A model generated the notes under the pieces. The model worked only from the letters and a program-made list of their open reading frames with translations. It was not told the origin of the DNA and did not search any database. This document shows, in pieces, positions 1-6,244 of a DNA stretch of 32,000 bases; the stretch's first letter is position 1, and each line of letters starts with the position of its first letter. Source of the DNA: Xylanibacter ruminicola 23 (GTDB lineage Bacteria > Bacteroidota > Bacteroidia > Bacteroidales > Bacteroidaceae). The DNA is taken from assembly GCF_000025925.1 (NCBI RefSeq), contig NC_014033.1, forward strand, positions 780,001 to 812,000, in the 5' to 3' direction. Both the position numbers and the translations under genes were made by a program.

Positions 1-30
1 TAAATATTTAGTTTTTAGTGAAATAAATGC

Positions 31-38
31 TACTTTTG
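31..38 (+). promoter_or_regulatory. Bacteroidetes-type -7 promoter box (TACTTTTG) for the NUDIX gene
   Basis: Matches TAnnTTTG followed by TAGCC, 10 nt upstream of the ATG at 48. The same box plus G/C-rich context recurs before many genes in this window. Confidence 0.6.
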
Positions 39-47
39 TAGCCGATT

Positions 48-437
48 ATGAAACAGATTGAAGTAGTTGCAGCGATAATACACGATGAGGCTGGTCGCAT
101 TTTTGCCACGCAGCGAGGATACGGCGATATGAAAGATGGATGGGAGTTTCCTGGGGGCAAAATGGAACCTGGCGAAACGCCCGAAGAATCGTTGAAACGT
201 GAAATTTGGGAAGAGCTGGAAACAAATATCACAGTGGAGCGGTTGGTTAAAACCGTAGAGTGGGATTATCCTAAGTTTCATTTAACTATGCATTGCTTCT
301 GGTGTAGTGTAGTGAGTGGAGCCCTGACGCTTAAAGAGCACGAGGCAGCCCGCTGGCTAACTATAGATCAACTTGATTGTGTAGATTGGTTACCAGCCGA
401 TTTGGTGGTAGTTGAGGACATCAAAAAAGAGGAATGA
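48..437 (+). CDS. NUDIX hydrolase (MutT-like nucleoside triphosphate pyrophosphohydrolase)
   Basis: 129 aa ORF with a clear Nudix box, GGKMEPGETPEESLKREIWEELE (GX5EX7REUXEEXGU pattern). The size is typical of MutT/NudG-like enzymes. Confidence 0.88.
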   Translation: MKQIEVVAAIIHDEAGRIFATQRGYGDMKDGWEFPGGKMEPGETPEESLKREIWEELETNITVERLVKTVEWDYPKFHLTMHCFWCSVVSGALTLKEHEAARWLTIDQLDCVDWLPADLVVVEDIKKEE

Positions 438-491
438 GCATCGCTGCTGATTCCTCTCACTATGATTATATAAATTATGAAAAAACTAATT
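423..491 (-). ncRNA. Candidate short minus-strand transcript (~70 nt) running from the promoter at 498-529 to the repeat hairpin/T-run
   Basis: A -33 TTTG (529-526), a 20-nt spacer and a -7 TACTTTTG (505-498) lie on the minus strand. Downstream are the hairpin at 458-431 and a T6 run. There is no ATG-initiated ORF of meaningful length. It is homologous to the unit at 6245-6421. Confidence 0.3.
431..457. repeat. Left copy of a perfect 27-bp direct repeat (GGAATGAGCATCGCTGCTGATTCCTCT), which is hairpin-forming
   Basis: Identical 27-mer at 6253-6279. It contains the inverted repeat GGAAT-G-AGCA/TGCT-G-ATTCC and overlaps the NUDIX stop codon (TGA 435-437). On the minus strand the hairpin is followed by TTTTTT (428-423). 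Confidence 0.95.
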
Positions 492-497
492 TGGCAG

Positions 498-529
498 CAA
501 AAGTACACTGAATTTTGCAAACCGCCAAA
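498..529 (-). promoter_or_regulatory. Minus-strand promoter (-33 TTTG / 20 nt / -7 TACTTTTG)
   Basis: Reverse complement reads TTTGgcggtttgcaaaattcagtgTACTTTTGctgcc, which has canonical Bacteroides spacing. It is about 70% identical by hand alignment to the promoter at 6390-6421. Confidence 0.5.
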
Positions 530-564
530 AAAATCTGTGTTTTATTTTTCAGGCAGCGAATAAT

Positions 565-608
565 AACAAAAAAATAGGTGAGCATCATAAAAATGCTCAC
601 CCTTTTTT
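565..608. terminator. Bidirectional intrinsic terminator hairpin
   Basis: GGTGAGCAT (577-585), a 7-nt loop and ATGCTCACC (593-601) form a perfect 9-bp stem. T6 follows on the plus strand (603-608) and T7 on the minus strand (complement of the A-run 568-574). Confidence 0.8.
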
Positions 609-753
609 GGGGTAGTGTCGATATGGTCTTGCCCTCTCGGGATTCTGCCCGGATAGTCAAAAAGCACCTTTGGCAAAAAAATAATGGAGTAGTGTCGATA
701 AAGTCTTGCTCCCTCGCGGGATTCTGCCCGGATAGCCAAAGGTTACCTTTTGA
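570..753 (-). ncRNA. Candidate ~180-nt non-coding RNA made of two tandem ~77-nt modules
   Basis: A minus-strand promoter at 760-791 is followed by two repeat units and then the strong terminator at 577-601 plus U-run. The only ATGs in the transcript lie in the terminator loop. Hairpins are preserved between the units despite sequence differences. Confidence 0.45.
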
Positions 754-760
754 CGTTGGC
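609..760. repeat. Tandem direct repeat, 2 units of ~77 bp with a ~45-bp highly conserved core
   Basis: Unit 1 (609-675) reads ggggtagtgtcgatatggtcttgccctctcgggattctgcccggatagtc... Unit 2 (686-760) reads ggagtagtgtcgataaagtcttgctccctcgcgggattctgcccggatagcc... The core GTAGTGTCGATA..GTCTTGC.CCCTC.CGGGATTCTGCCCGGATAG is shared with a few substitutions or indels. Confidence 0.92.
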
Positions 761-791
761 AAATATAGAGAGTTTTTTTGAAAGATCCAAA
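760..791 (-). promoter_or_regulatory. Minus-strand promoter (-33 TTTG / 20 nt / -7 TATATTTG) driving the tandem-repeat transcript
   Basis: Reverse complement of 760-791 reads TTTGgatctttcaaaaaaactctcTATATTTG, a textbook Bacteroides sigma-ABfr promoter geometry. Confidence 0.6.
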
Positions 792-931
792 TGTTTGGTA
801 CATTTTCTAACATAAACTGGCTCTTTTAACATTTTAAAACTAAATTGTGGCTCTATTTTAAATAGAATACTAATTAAAAATGGTGGCATGTTAATGCTAT
901 TATTTTATTTAAATTCTGGTCACAAAATTAG

Positions 932-939
932 TAACTTTG
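932..939 (+). promoter_or_regulatory. -7 promoter box (TAACTTTG) for the island operon
   Basis: TAACTTTGTACCC lies 24 nt upstream of the ATG at 963. The -33 element is weak. Confidence 0.45.
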
Positions 940-962
940 TACCCTATAAAAACAAGATACGA

Positions 963-1211
963 ATGGCTAACAGAAACGTTATTCTCTTACATCTCTTAGA
1001 GTCAGATACTTACGAGTTTTTTGGCTCTCCAGCCTCGCTTTTCGACAAGCACGAGGCCAATGAGTTGCTTATTGCTCAAACCAGTTTGAACAACCATTTC
1101 AGCAAAATGGCTGCTCAGGGTAAAGAGTTGGTATACAGAAACGCCTATTGCGAAATCCGCAAAGGCGAGATTTATGTTAAGCCATCAACACGAGGACGTA
1201 AAAAGTTTTAA
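963..1211 (+). CDS. Small (82 aa) hypothetical protein, possibly DNA-binding (controller- or excisionase-like HTH)
   Basis: The ORF-track frame 888-1211 is trimmed to Met26 (MANRNV...) because the -7 box at 932-939 lies inside the longer ORF. It has a basic C-terminus (STRGRKKF). The segment ELLIAQTSLNNHFSKMAAQGKEL loosely resembles HTH_17/excisionase-type helices. It is the first gene of an R-M operon. Confidence 0.45.
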   Translation: MANRNVILLHLLESDTYEFFGSPASLFDKHEANELLIAQTSLNNHFSKMAAQGKELVYRNAYCEIRKGEIYVKPSTRGRKKF

Positions 1212-1263
1212 ACTAATGTGTGTTTCCTTCCTAAAATGTCGTTTTCAATAATGATTTTATAAT

Positions 1264-2370
1264 ATGGCTAAAAAAGACACAAAAGAAGTAGCTTGTTTCG
1301 TTGAGGGTGTTTTACCAGGTTTATTTGGACAGAAATACTCAAGTCGAGACTATAGATATGAAGATTCATGGGGTAAGAATCAGTTTAATAGCTCATTCCC
1401 AGCCTCGTTAGTTGCTTATATGGGTAGTAAAGGAGTTAACCCTATTTATATTTGTACGAATAAAAAGAATGAAGTTGTTCATAAAACGATCAATACAACA
1501 GATCTGTTTGGCGTTAATCCTTTAGGTGAAGATGCATATTATAATTATGAGGCTGAATATTATCCCTATGAGCAATTTTATTATGCAGCTAAGAAAGAGA
1601 AAATAGATTTGGTAATGATAAATCGTAGTACAGAGGTGGCAGCTAGCGGCTTGGAAGTTAAATTAACTACCCTTCCTGATAATACTACGAAAGATTTGGA
1701 AGAATCTGAATATGGAAGTGAGATTGTTGTAAGGTCTCCTACTATTTTATTTTTGGCTTGCAGTATATGTTCATGCTATAACAGCGAGAAAGGTAAAAAT
1801 AGACTGCATTCGATTTTGAATACAATTGGATCCGAAATAAAAAATTGGAGTGAAATAAGACAGGTACTTCCTCATTATAAAGCTATTTGTAAAGCTATAC
1901 TTGATGTTTCCATAGATTTAAGTAACAAGCAGATTCCTTTAATTATTCAACCGATTTGGAAAACTGATAAGAAATTAAAGGATTTCGCAGATGATTGTCT
2001 TGATGTATTTGTTTGGTCAAATCTTTCTGTTATACAGATGTGTTTAAGAGAGACTAATGCGGATAACGATATTTCACGCAATCAGCGAACAATTATCTGG
2101 CTATATAAGATGCTATGGGACTTTAGTCTATATGGAAGTTTTAATTACACGGGTATCGTTAACGAGCTAGCATATAATTATAAAACAGACAAGGCTTTTT
2201 CTATTAGTGGAAAATTGACAAATCCATTGATGAGATGTCCAGAATTGACAAAGCCTAGAATAAGTAAATATGAAATTAAAAACATCATTTTGGGTGATGG
2301 TCAGAAGCTTCTCAGCCCAGAAAGAAGGTTTGATGCGTTTATTGTAAGTCATCCAGAGTTATTCAAATGA
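1264..2370 (+). CDS. Putative type II restriction endonuclease (PD-(D/E)xK-like), partner of the adjacent C5 methyltransferase
   Basis: 368 aa ORF whose stop overlaps the methyltransferase start (ATGA at 2367-2370). It has a candidate catalytic motif, IDLVM...(13 aa)...GLEVKLT (D...ExK). I recognise no other family. The AT-rich codon usage is shared with its neighbours. Confidence 0.55.
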   Translation: MAKKDTKEVACFVEGVLPGLFGQKYSSRDYRYEDSWGKNQFNSSFPASLVAYMGSKGVNPIYICTNKKNEVVHKTINTTDLFGVNPLGEDAYYNYEAEYYPYEQFYYAAKKEKIDLVMINRSTEVAASGLEVKLTTLPDNTTKDLEESEYGSEIVVRSPTILFLACSICSCYNSEKGKNRLHSILNTIGSEIKNWSEIRQVLPHYKAICKAILDVSIDLSNKQIPLIIQPIWKTDKKLKDFADDCLDVFVWSNLSVIQMCLRETNADNDISRNQRTIIWLYKMLWDFSLYGSFNYTGIVNELAYNYKTDKAFSISGKLTNPLMRCPELTKPRISKYEIKNIILGDGQKLLSPERRFDAFIVSHPELFK

Positions 2371-3713
2371 AAGTAGTTGATTTGTTTTGTGGGTGTGGTG
2401 GCCTAAGTCTTGGCTTCCAGAAAGCAGGATTTAATATTCTTGCTGCTTTTGATAATTGGGATGATGCGATAACGGTGTATCATGCTAATTTTAAGCATCC
2501 TGTAATAAAACAGGATTTGTCAAATGTAGATCAGACTGTAGAAAAAGTAAAAAAATATAAACCTGATATGATAATTGGTGGTCCTCCTTGTCAGGACTTT
2601 TCTTCAGCAGGAAAACGAGACGAAAATAATGGACGTGGTGATCTTACTATAAATTATGCTCAGGTTATTGCTGCTTTAAAACCAGATTGGTTTGTGATGG
2701 AGAATGTAGATCGTATCACCAAAACCGAAAAGTTGGTTGAAGCAAAAACTATTTTTAAGCAGTGTGGTTATGGATTAACGTATGCGATATTAAACGCAAG
2801 TCGTTGTGGTGCACCACAACGTCGCAAACGATTCATAATGATAGGTCATCTGGGCGAAGAAGACGGTTTTATGTCGAATATTCTTGAGTTACGCCAATCT
2901 GATAAAGAAATGACTGTTGCAGATTATTTTGGAAGTCAGCTAGATATTCAGTACTATTATCGCCATCCACGTAGTTATGCTCGAAGAGGTATTTTCAGTG
3001 TAAACGAGCCTAGTCCAACAATTCGTGGAGTCAATCGTCCTATGCCTGCCGGATATCAATTGCATAGTAATGATCCAGTAAAGTCATTAGAAGGAATACG
3101 CCCTCTAACAACATTGGAAAGAAGTATGATACAGACATTCCCCAAAGATTTTAGATTCCTTGGAAATAAGACTAATATGGAACAGATGATTGGCAATGCA
3201 GTTCCTGTTAATTTGGCAAGATACGTGGGTGAATGTATTATGGCTTATTTGGGCAATAATAATCCTGTTAATTACGAACAACTACGAGAGGATTATCCGG
3301 AAAAAATAGTGAATAATTCATCTGTCTCAATTAATCCTGAATTAAAAGTAGATAAGGAGAAGAACGTATTAATAAGTCTTGTGAAAAACGATAATGTAGA
3401 CCTGTTTTTAGACGGTTCTGCACGTATTTATTATACAGGGAAAAAGTTTCCATCAACAGTAGCTTTAAATAAGCTATACTATTTTATGCCATATGTTAAG
3501 CAAAAGGGTATTCGTGATATTTATCTAATAAAAATAGCCAGAGTTGGTTCTAAGCACGAGATACATCCTGATGCAGATGAAAATGATCTACGTTTGGTAT
3601 TCGAGATAGAAAAAATAGGTCAGCTATTTGATGACTACAAACCTGTAGAATTAAAAATTTGGCATACGTTTACGGATACGACTATTAAGAGTGTTTTGTC
3701 TAATAGATTATAG
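2367..3713 (+). CDS. DNA (cytosine-5)-methyltransferase with an extra ~150-aa C-terminal domain of unknown function
   Basis: Motif I is DLFCGCGGLSLGF, motif IV GGPPCQDFSSAG, motif VI ENV, motif VIII QRRKRFIMIG, motif IX TLERSMIQTFPKDFRF and motif X GNAVPVNLA. Residues from about 300 to 448 lie beyond motif X. Confidence 0.94.
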   Translation: MKVVDLFCGCGGLSLGFQKAGFNILAAFDNWDDAITVYHANFKHPVIKQDLSNVDQTVEKVKKYKPDMIIGGPPCQDFSSAGKRDENNGRGDLTINYAQVIAALKPDWFVMENVDRITKTEKLVEAKTIFKQCGYGLTYAILNASRCGAPQRRKRFIMIGHLGEEDGFMSNILELRQSDKEMTVADYFGSQLDIQYYYRHPRSYARRGIFSVNEPSPTIRGVNRPMPAGYQLHSNDPVKSLEGIRPLTTLERSMIQTFPKDFRFLGNKTNMEQMIGNAVPVNLARYVGECIMAYLGNNNPVNYEQLREDYPEKIVNNSSVSINPELKVDKEKNVLISLVKNDNVDLFLDGSARIYYTGKKFPSTVALNKLYYFMPYVKQKGIRDIYLIKIARVGSKHEIHPDADENDLRLVFEIEKIGQLFDDYKPVELKIWHTFTDTTIKSVLSNRL

Positions 3714-3719
3714 AAGCAG

Positions 3720-4328
3720 ATGGTAGCAAAGAGCAAGCAGCAAAGACTCAATGAAGAGATTGCATACGAACTTGACAAGTATCAGGTGATGCTCGAATAT
3801 GGCCGTATGTGTCTCGATGATGATAAAGCGATTCGTAAGAAGTATGCATGGATGAACTATGTCAAGAATGGATGTTTGAGTGGCATGGCTATAGATTTGA
3901 TTATGGCTGGTGCTACTAAACTGATTTCATCAGAGTTTTTTGGGGTATACCTACCATATTTTCTCATTGTCTTTTTCCTGGTGCTAATTATGTATATCTT
4001 CTTTTTTTTCATTCATAGGAAACAAATCGCCAAACTTATTGGCGCAGAAGAGAAGGCAACATTGAAGGAACTGCTTGATAATCTACGCTCCTATCTTCAC
4101 AAGTTAGGTGAGTGGATGAAGGAAGTTGATTGTCATATTGAACAGGAGAAAAGTGTCCTTGATATAATCGAGAAGGAATTGGCTGTTGCAAAGAGCCAGC
4201 AAGCTAAAGAGGTAAATAAACTCAGTGAGATATATGGCAATCTTGATGAAAAAATGGACGATAAAGCCCATCAAATGGCAGAAGAAAGATTAATACAGTA
4301 TAAACGATTTATTTACGATTATGAATAA
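3720..4328 (+). CDS. Two-TM membrane protein with a C-terminal coiled coil (function unknown, possible SLATT-like effector)
   Basis: 202 aa ORF starting 7 nt after the methyltransferase stop. Its hydrophobic segments are GCLSGMAIDLIMAGATKLI and FFGVYLPYFLIVFFLVLIMYIFFFFI. The C-terminal ~100 aa are heptad-rich and charged (KELLDNLRSYLHKLGEWMKEV...). Confidence 0.6.
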   Translation: MVAKSKQQRLNEEIAYELDKYQVMLEYGRMCLDDDKAIRKKYAWMNYVKNGCLSGMAIDLIMAGATKLISSEFFGVYLPYFLIVFFLVLIMYIFFFFIHRKQIAKLIGAEEKATLKELLDNLRSYLHKLGEWMKEVDCHIEQEKSVLDIIEKELAVAKSQQAKEVNKLSEIYGNLDEKMDDKAHQMAEERLIQYKRFIYDYE

Positions 4329-4511
4329 GAATACAAATACACGAGAGCAAGTACCGACACCTACAAATGTCATTACTCCCCAACCCTCGCCATCAGATTC
4401 TTCCTCAACTTCAAGTGGAGGTTCAAACTGAAGAGAGGTGTCAAGTCCGACAACGGTTTGAAGAGATGAGATCTAAGATTTTGGACAGTTGATATTTCAA
4501 AAACTGACAAT

Positions 4512-5339
4512 ATGGATAGACTGGGGTTTATAAAGTTCAATACTCGCTTTTCTACTGAAAAATCAGGAAAGGCGAGCAGTTATGCTCGTGCAATAGCAAT
4601 TTTGGATGATGTCTTGCAGCATCAAAACGAGATTGTTTTTAGTGGTAAGTCACTCTATGAAATATCCGATCCAGACGAGATTGAAAAGATTTTAGATTTT
4701 GTGAATCGAGAAGTTGGGAAATTGAAAAATGGTAAGCCAAACATCTTTGATTACGATAAAAATATACCCCAAAGTTATTTGCTGAAAAATTTTTGTTCAG
4801 CAGCATTGAATAGCTTGATAGAGTATTCTCAATTTGAGACTGCAGAAATTATTGTGGCAGAAGAAACGAATCCTCATCTGATTTCTACGAAATTAATGGC
4901 TCATTATGATATAACAAAGGAAGGTGAAGATGTAATATATGAAGCAAAACGTAGAAAGGGACAGAATTATTTTCGTTTCATGGTGCTTGACAACTATGGC
5001 TCGCGTTGTGCATTAACGGGTATTGATATACCAGAGTTATTGCTGGCTAGTCATATTATACCTTGGTCTGATAAAAAGCATAAAAGTGATCGACTTAATC
5101 CATGTAACGGTATCTGTTTGTCGGCTCTTTATGACAAGGCGTTTGATAAAGGACTGATTACGTTCAAAGACGATCTGACAGCATTATTCTCAAATAAGCT
5201 TGAAGCCAATGTTGGTAAGGAGTATTTTAAGCAATATTTCGAACCCATCAGGAATAAGAAACTTATAACTCCAAGGAAGTATCTTCCTAGTCCAGAATTC
5301 TTGGAATGGCATAGAGATTGTATTTTTAGTAAAGAATAA
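4512..5339 (+). CDS. HNH endonuclease (HNH_2 / COG3440-like, type IV-restriction-like) with an uncharacterised helical N-terminal domain
   Basis: The C-terminal region CALTGIDIPELLLASHIIPWSD...NPCNGICLSALYDKAFDKGLITF matches the HNH_2 signature (His...Asn...). The N-terminal ~150 aa show no motif I recognise. Confidence 0.8.
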   Translation: MDRLGFIKFNTRFSTEKSGKASSYARAIAILDDVLQHQNEIVFSGKSLYEISDPDEIEKILDFVNREVGKLKNGKPNIFDYDKNIPQSYLLKNFCSAALNSLIEYSQFETAEIIVAEETNPHLISTKLMAHYDITKEGEDVIYEAKRRKGQNYFRFMVLDNYGSRCALTGIDIPELLLASHIIPWSDKKHKSDRLNPCNGICLSALYDKAFDKGLITFKDDLTALFSNKLEANVGKEYFKQYFEPIRNKKLITPRKYLPSPEFLEWHRDCIFSKE

Positions 5340-5420
5340 ATTACGATCGGCTTAACGTTATAAAAGGTAAGACTATTTGTAAAGAAATCCCCAAACGCGT
5401 ACTATCCATGATATAATATA

Positions 5421-5468
5421 ATCTTCGCCTCTATACCAGAGCAGACAGTATAGGGGCGGAGATTTTTA
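5421..5468 (+). terminator. Intrinsic terminator after the HNH gene
   Basis: A long hairpin, ATCTTCGCCTCTATAC (5421-5436) / GTATAGGGGCGGAGAT (5448-5463), is followed by TTTTT. It also lies just downstream of the convergent ORF 5479-5736. Confidence 0.75.
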
Positions 5469-5478
5469 TATAGAGGTA

Positions 5479-5736
5479 TTAGCTTAAAAGAACTAACTTA
5501 TTCTGGCTTATATCATAAGCAATAGGATGGGCGAATGATATACTGTGACCATCGTGGACGCAGGTGGCGTCGATACCTCGACGTTGGAATTCATCCATTA
5601 GGGCTGCGTCGTGATAAGCGCGCATCGAAGTGAAACTTCGAAGATTTATCTGAGAATTGAATACGTTAACTAACTCTGCGATTTGCATATCGGCAAATTG
5701 CAATGCAAACTTGATGTAATAAATGTGCTGTTGCAT
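5479..5736 (-). CDS. Hypothetical protein (85 aa)
   Basis: An ORF with its own upstream -7 box (5860-5867, minus strand) and a downstream hairpin. No family recognised. Confidence 0.4.
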   Translation of the reverse strand: MQQHIYYIKFALQFADMQIAELVNVFNSQINLRSFTSMRAYHDAALMDEFQRRGIDATCVHDGHSISFAHPIAYDISQNKLVLLS

Positions 5737-5859
5737 AACTTAGGATAATTTTGAAGTGAATAATAATGTTGCTTCCACATCGTACCTTGGCCACCGTGAC
5801 ATCCTAATGCTCGGTTGGCGAGTCCGCCATAAAGGCGACTGCTCTTGATGTTTCGGGTG

Positions 5860-5867
5860 CAAAGATA
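5860..5867 (-). promoter_or_regulatory. -7 promoter box (TATCTTTG) about 120 nt upstream of ORF 5479-5736
   Basis: Reverse complement reads TATCTTTGCACCC, the same context as the strong promoters elsewhere in the window. Confidence 0.5.
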
Positions 5868-5930
5868 CAAAGTTTTCTGTGGAGAACCAAAAGAAATGAC
5901 TGTAAATTTTGTGGAGTGCGAAAATTGTGC

Positions 5931-5938
5931 TAATTTTG
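5931..5938 (+). promoter_or_regulatory. -7 promoter box (TAATTTTG) for ORF 5973-6242
   Basis: TAATTTTGTGGCG lies 35 nt upstream of the ATG at 5973 and is divergent from the 5860-5867 box. Confidence 0.45.
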
Positions 5939-5972
5939 TGGCGAAATAGAAACAATTAATTCTTGACAGAAT

Positions 5973-6242
5973 ATGATAGCTTGTCTTATATGGGTTCTTT
6001 TGTATGCCTTCATAATATGGATGCTGGCTGCCATTACTTCATGGTGGGCTGTGATAATTATGCATATAGGAGCTGTAATATTTCTACTAATATACAAAGG
6101 TGACGCTATTTTTAGAGGAAGTAATCCACCAGAAAATCCGGATGATAAAACTTGTGACGATGAAAGTTATCGAGCTGCTCGTGAAGAACGGGATGCATAT
6201 GATGACTACATTGCCTCTATAGATATGGATAAAGATAGATGA
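5973..6242 (+). CDS. Small membrane protein (2 TM) with an acidic C-terminal tail
   Basis: 89 aa ORF with the hydrophobic segments CLIWVLLYAFIIWMLAAI and WWAVIIMHIGAVIFLLIY, followed by a D/E-rich tail. No family recognised. Confidence 0.45.
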   Translation: MIACLIWVLLYAFIIWMLAAITSWWAVIIMHIGAVIFLLIYKGDAIFRGSNPPENPDDKTCDDESYRAAREERDAYDDYIASIDMDKDR

Positions 6243-6244
6243 AA

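Noticed and set aside
609-760. Tandem repeat as a CRISPR array or a type III toxin-antitoxin (ToxI-like) antitoxin
   Set aside because: There are only two units, directly adjacent with no unique spacers, and no cas genes. No ToxN/AbiEii-like gene follows the terminator on the same strand, where the next element is another promoter and the NUDIX gene end. There is no reverse transcriptase (retron) and no IS110-type recombinase (bridge RNA) either.
475-813. 112-aa minus-strand ORF (plus overlapping 65-aa and 67-aa ORFs) across the tandem-repeat region
   Set aside because: It runs through a strong terminator hairpin, two promoters and both repeat units, so the peptide simply repeats itself. It begins upstream of the promoter at 760-791. 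A non-coding interpretation fits better.
5737-5853. Loose resemblance of the leader (GGCGGACUCGCCAACCGAGC...GGAUGUC) to a fluoride (crcB) riboswitch
   Set aside because: The conserved pseudoknot and CUGAUGAUGCCUAC-type elements are not present, and the downstream gene is not a fluoride transporter. The similarity is too weak to call.
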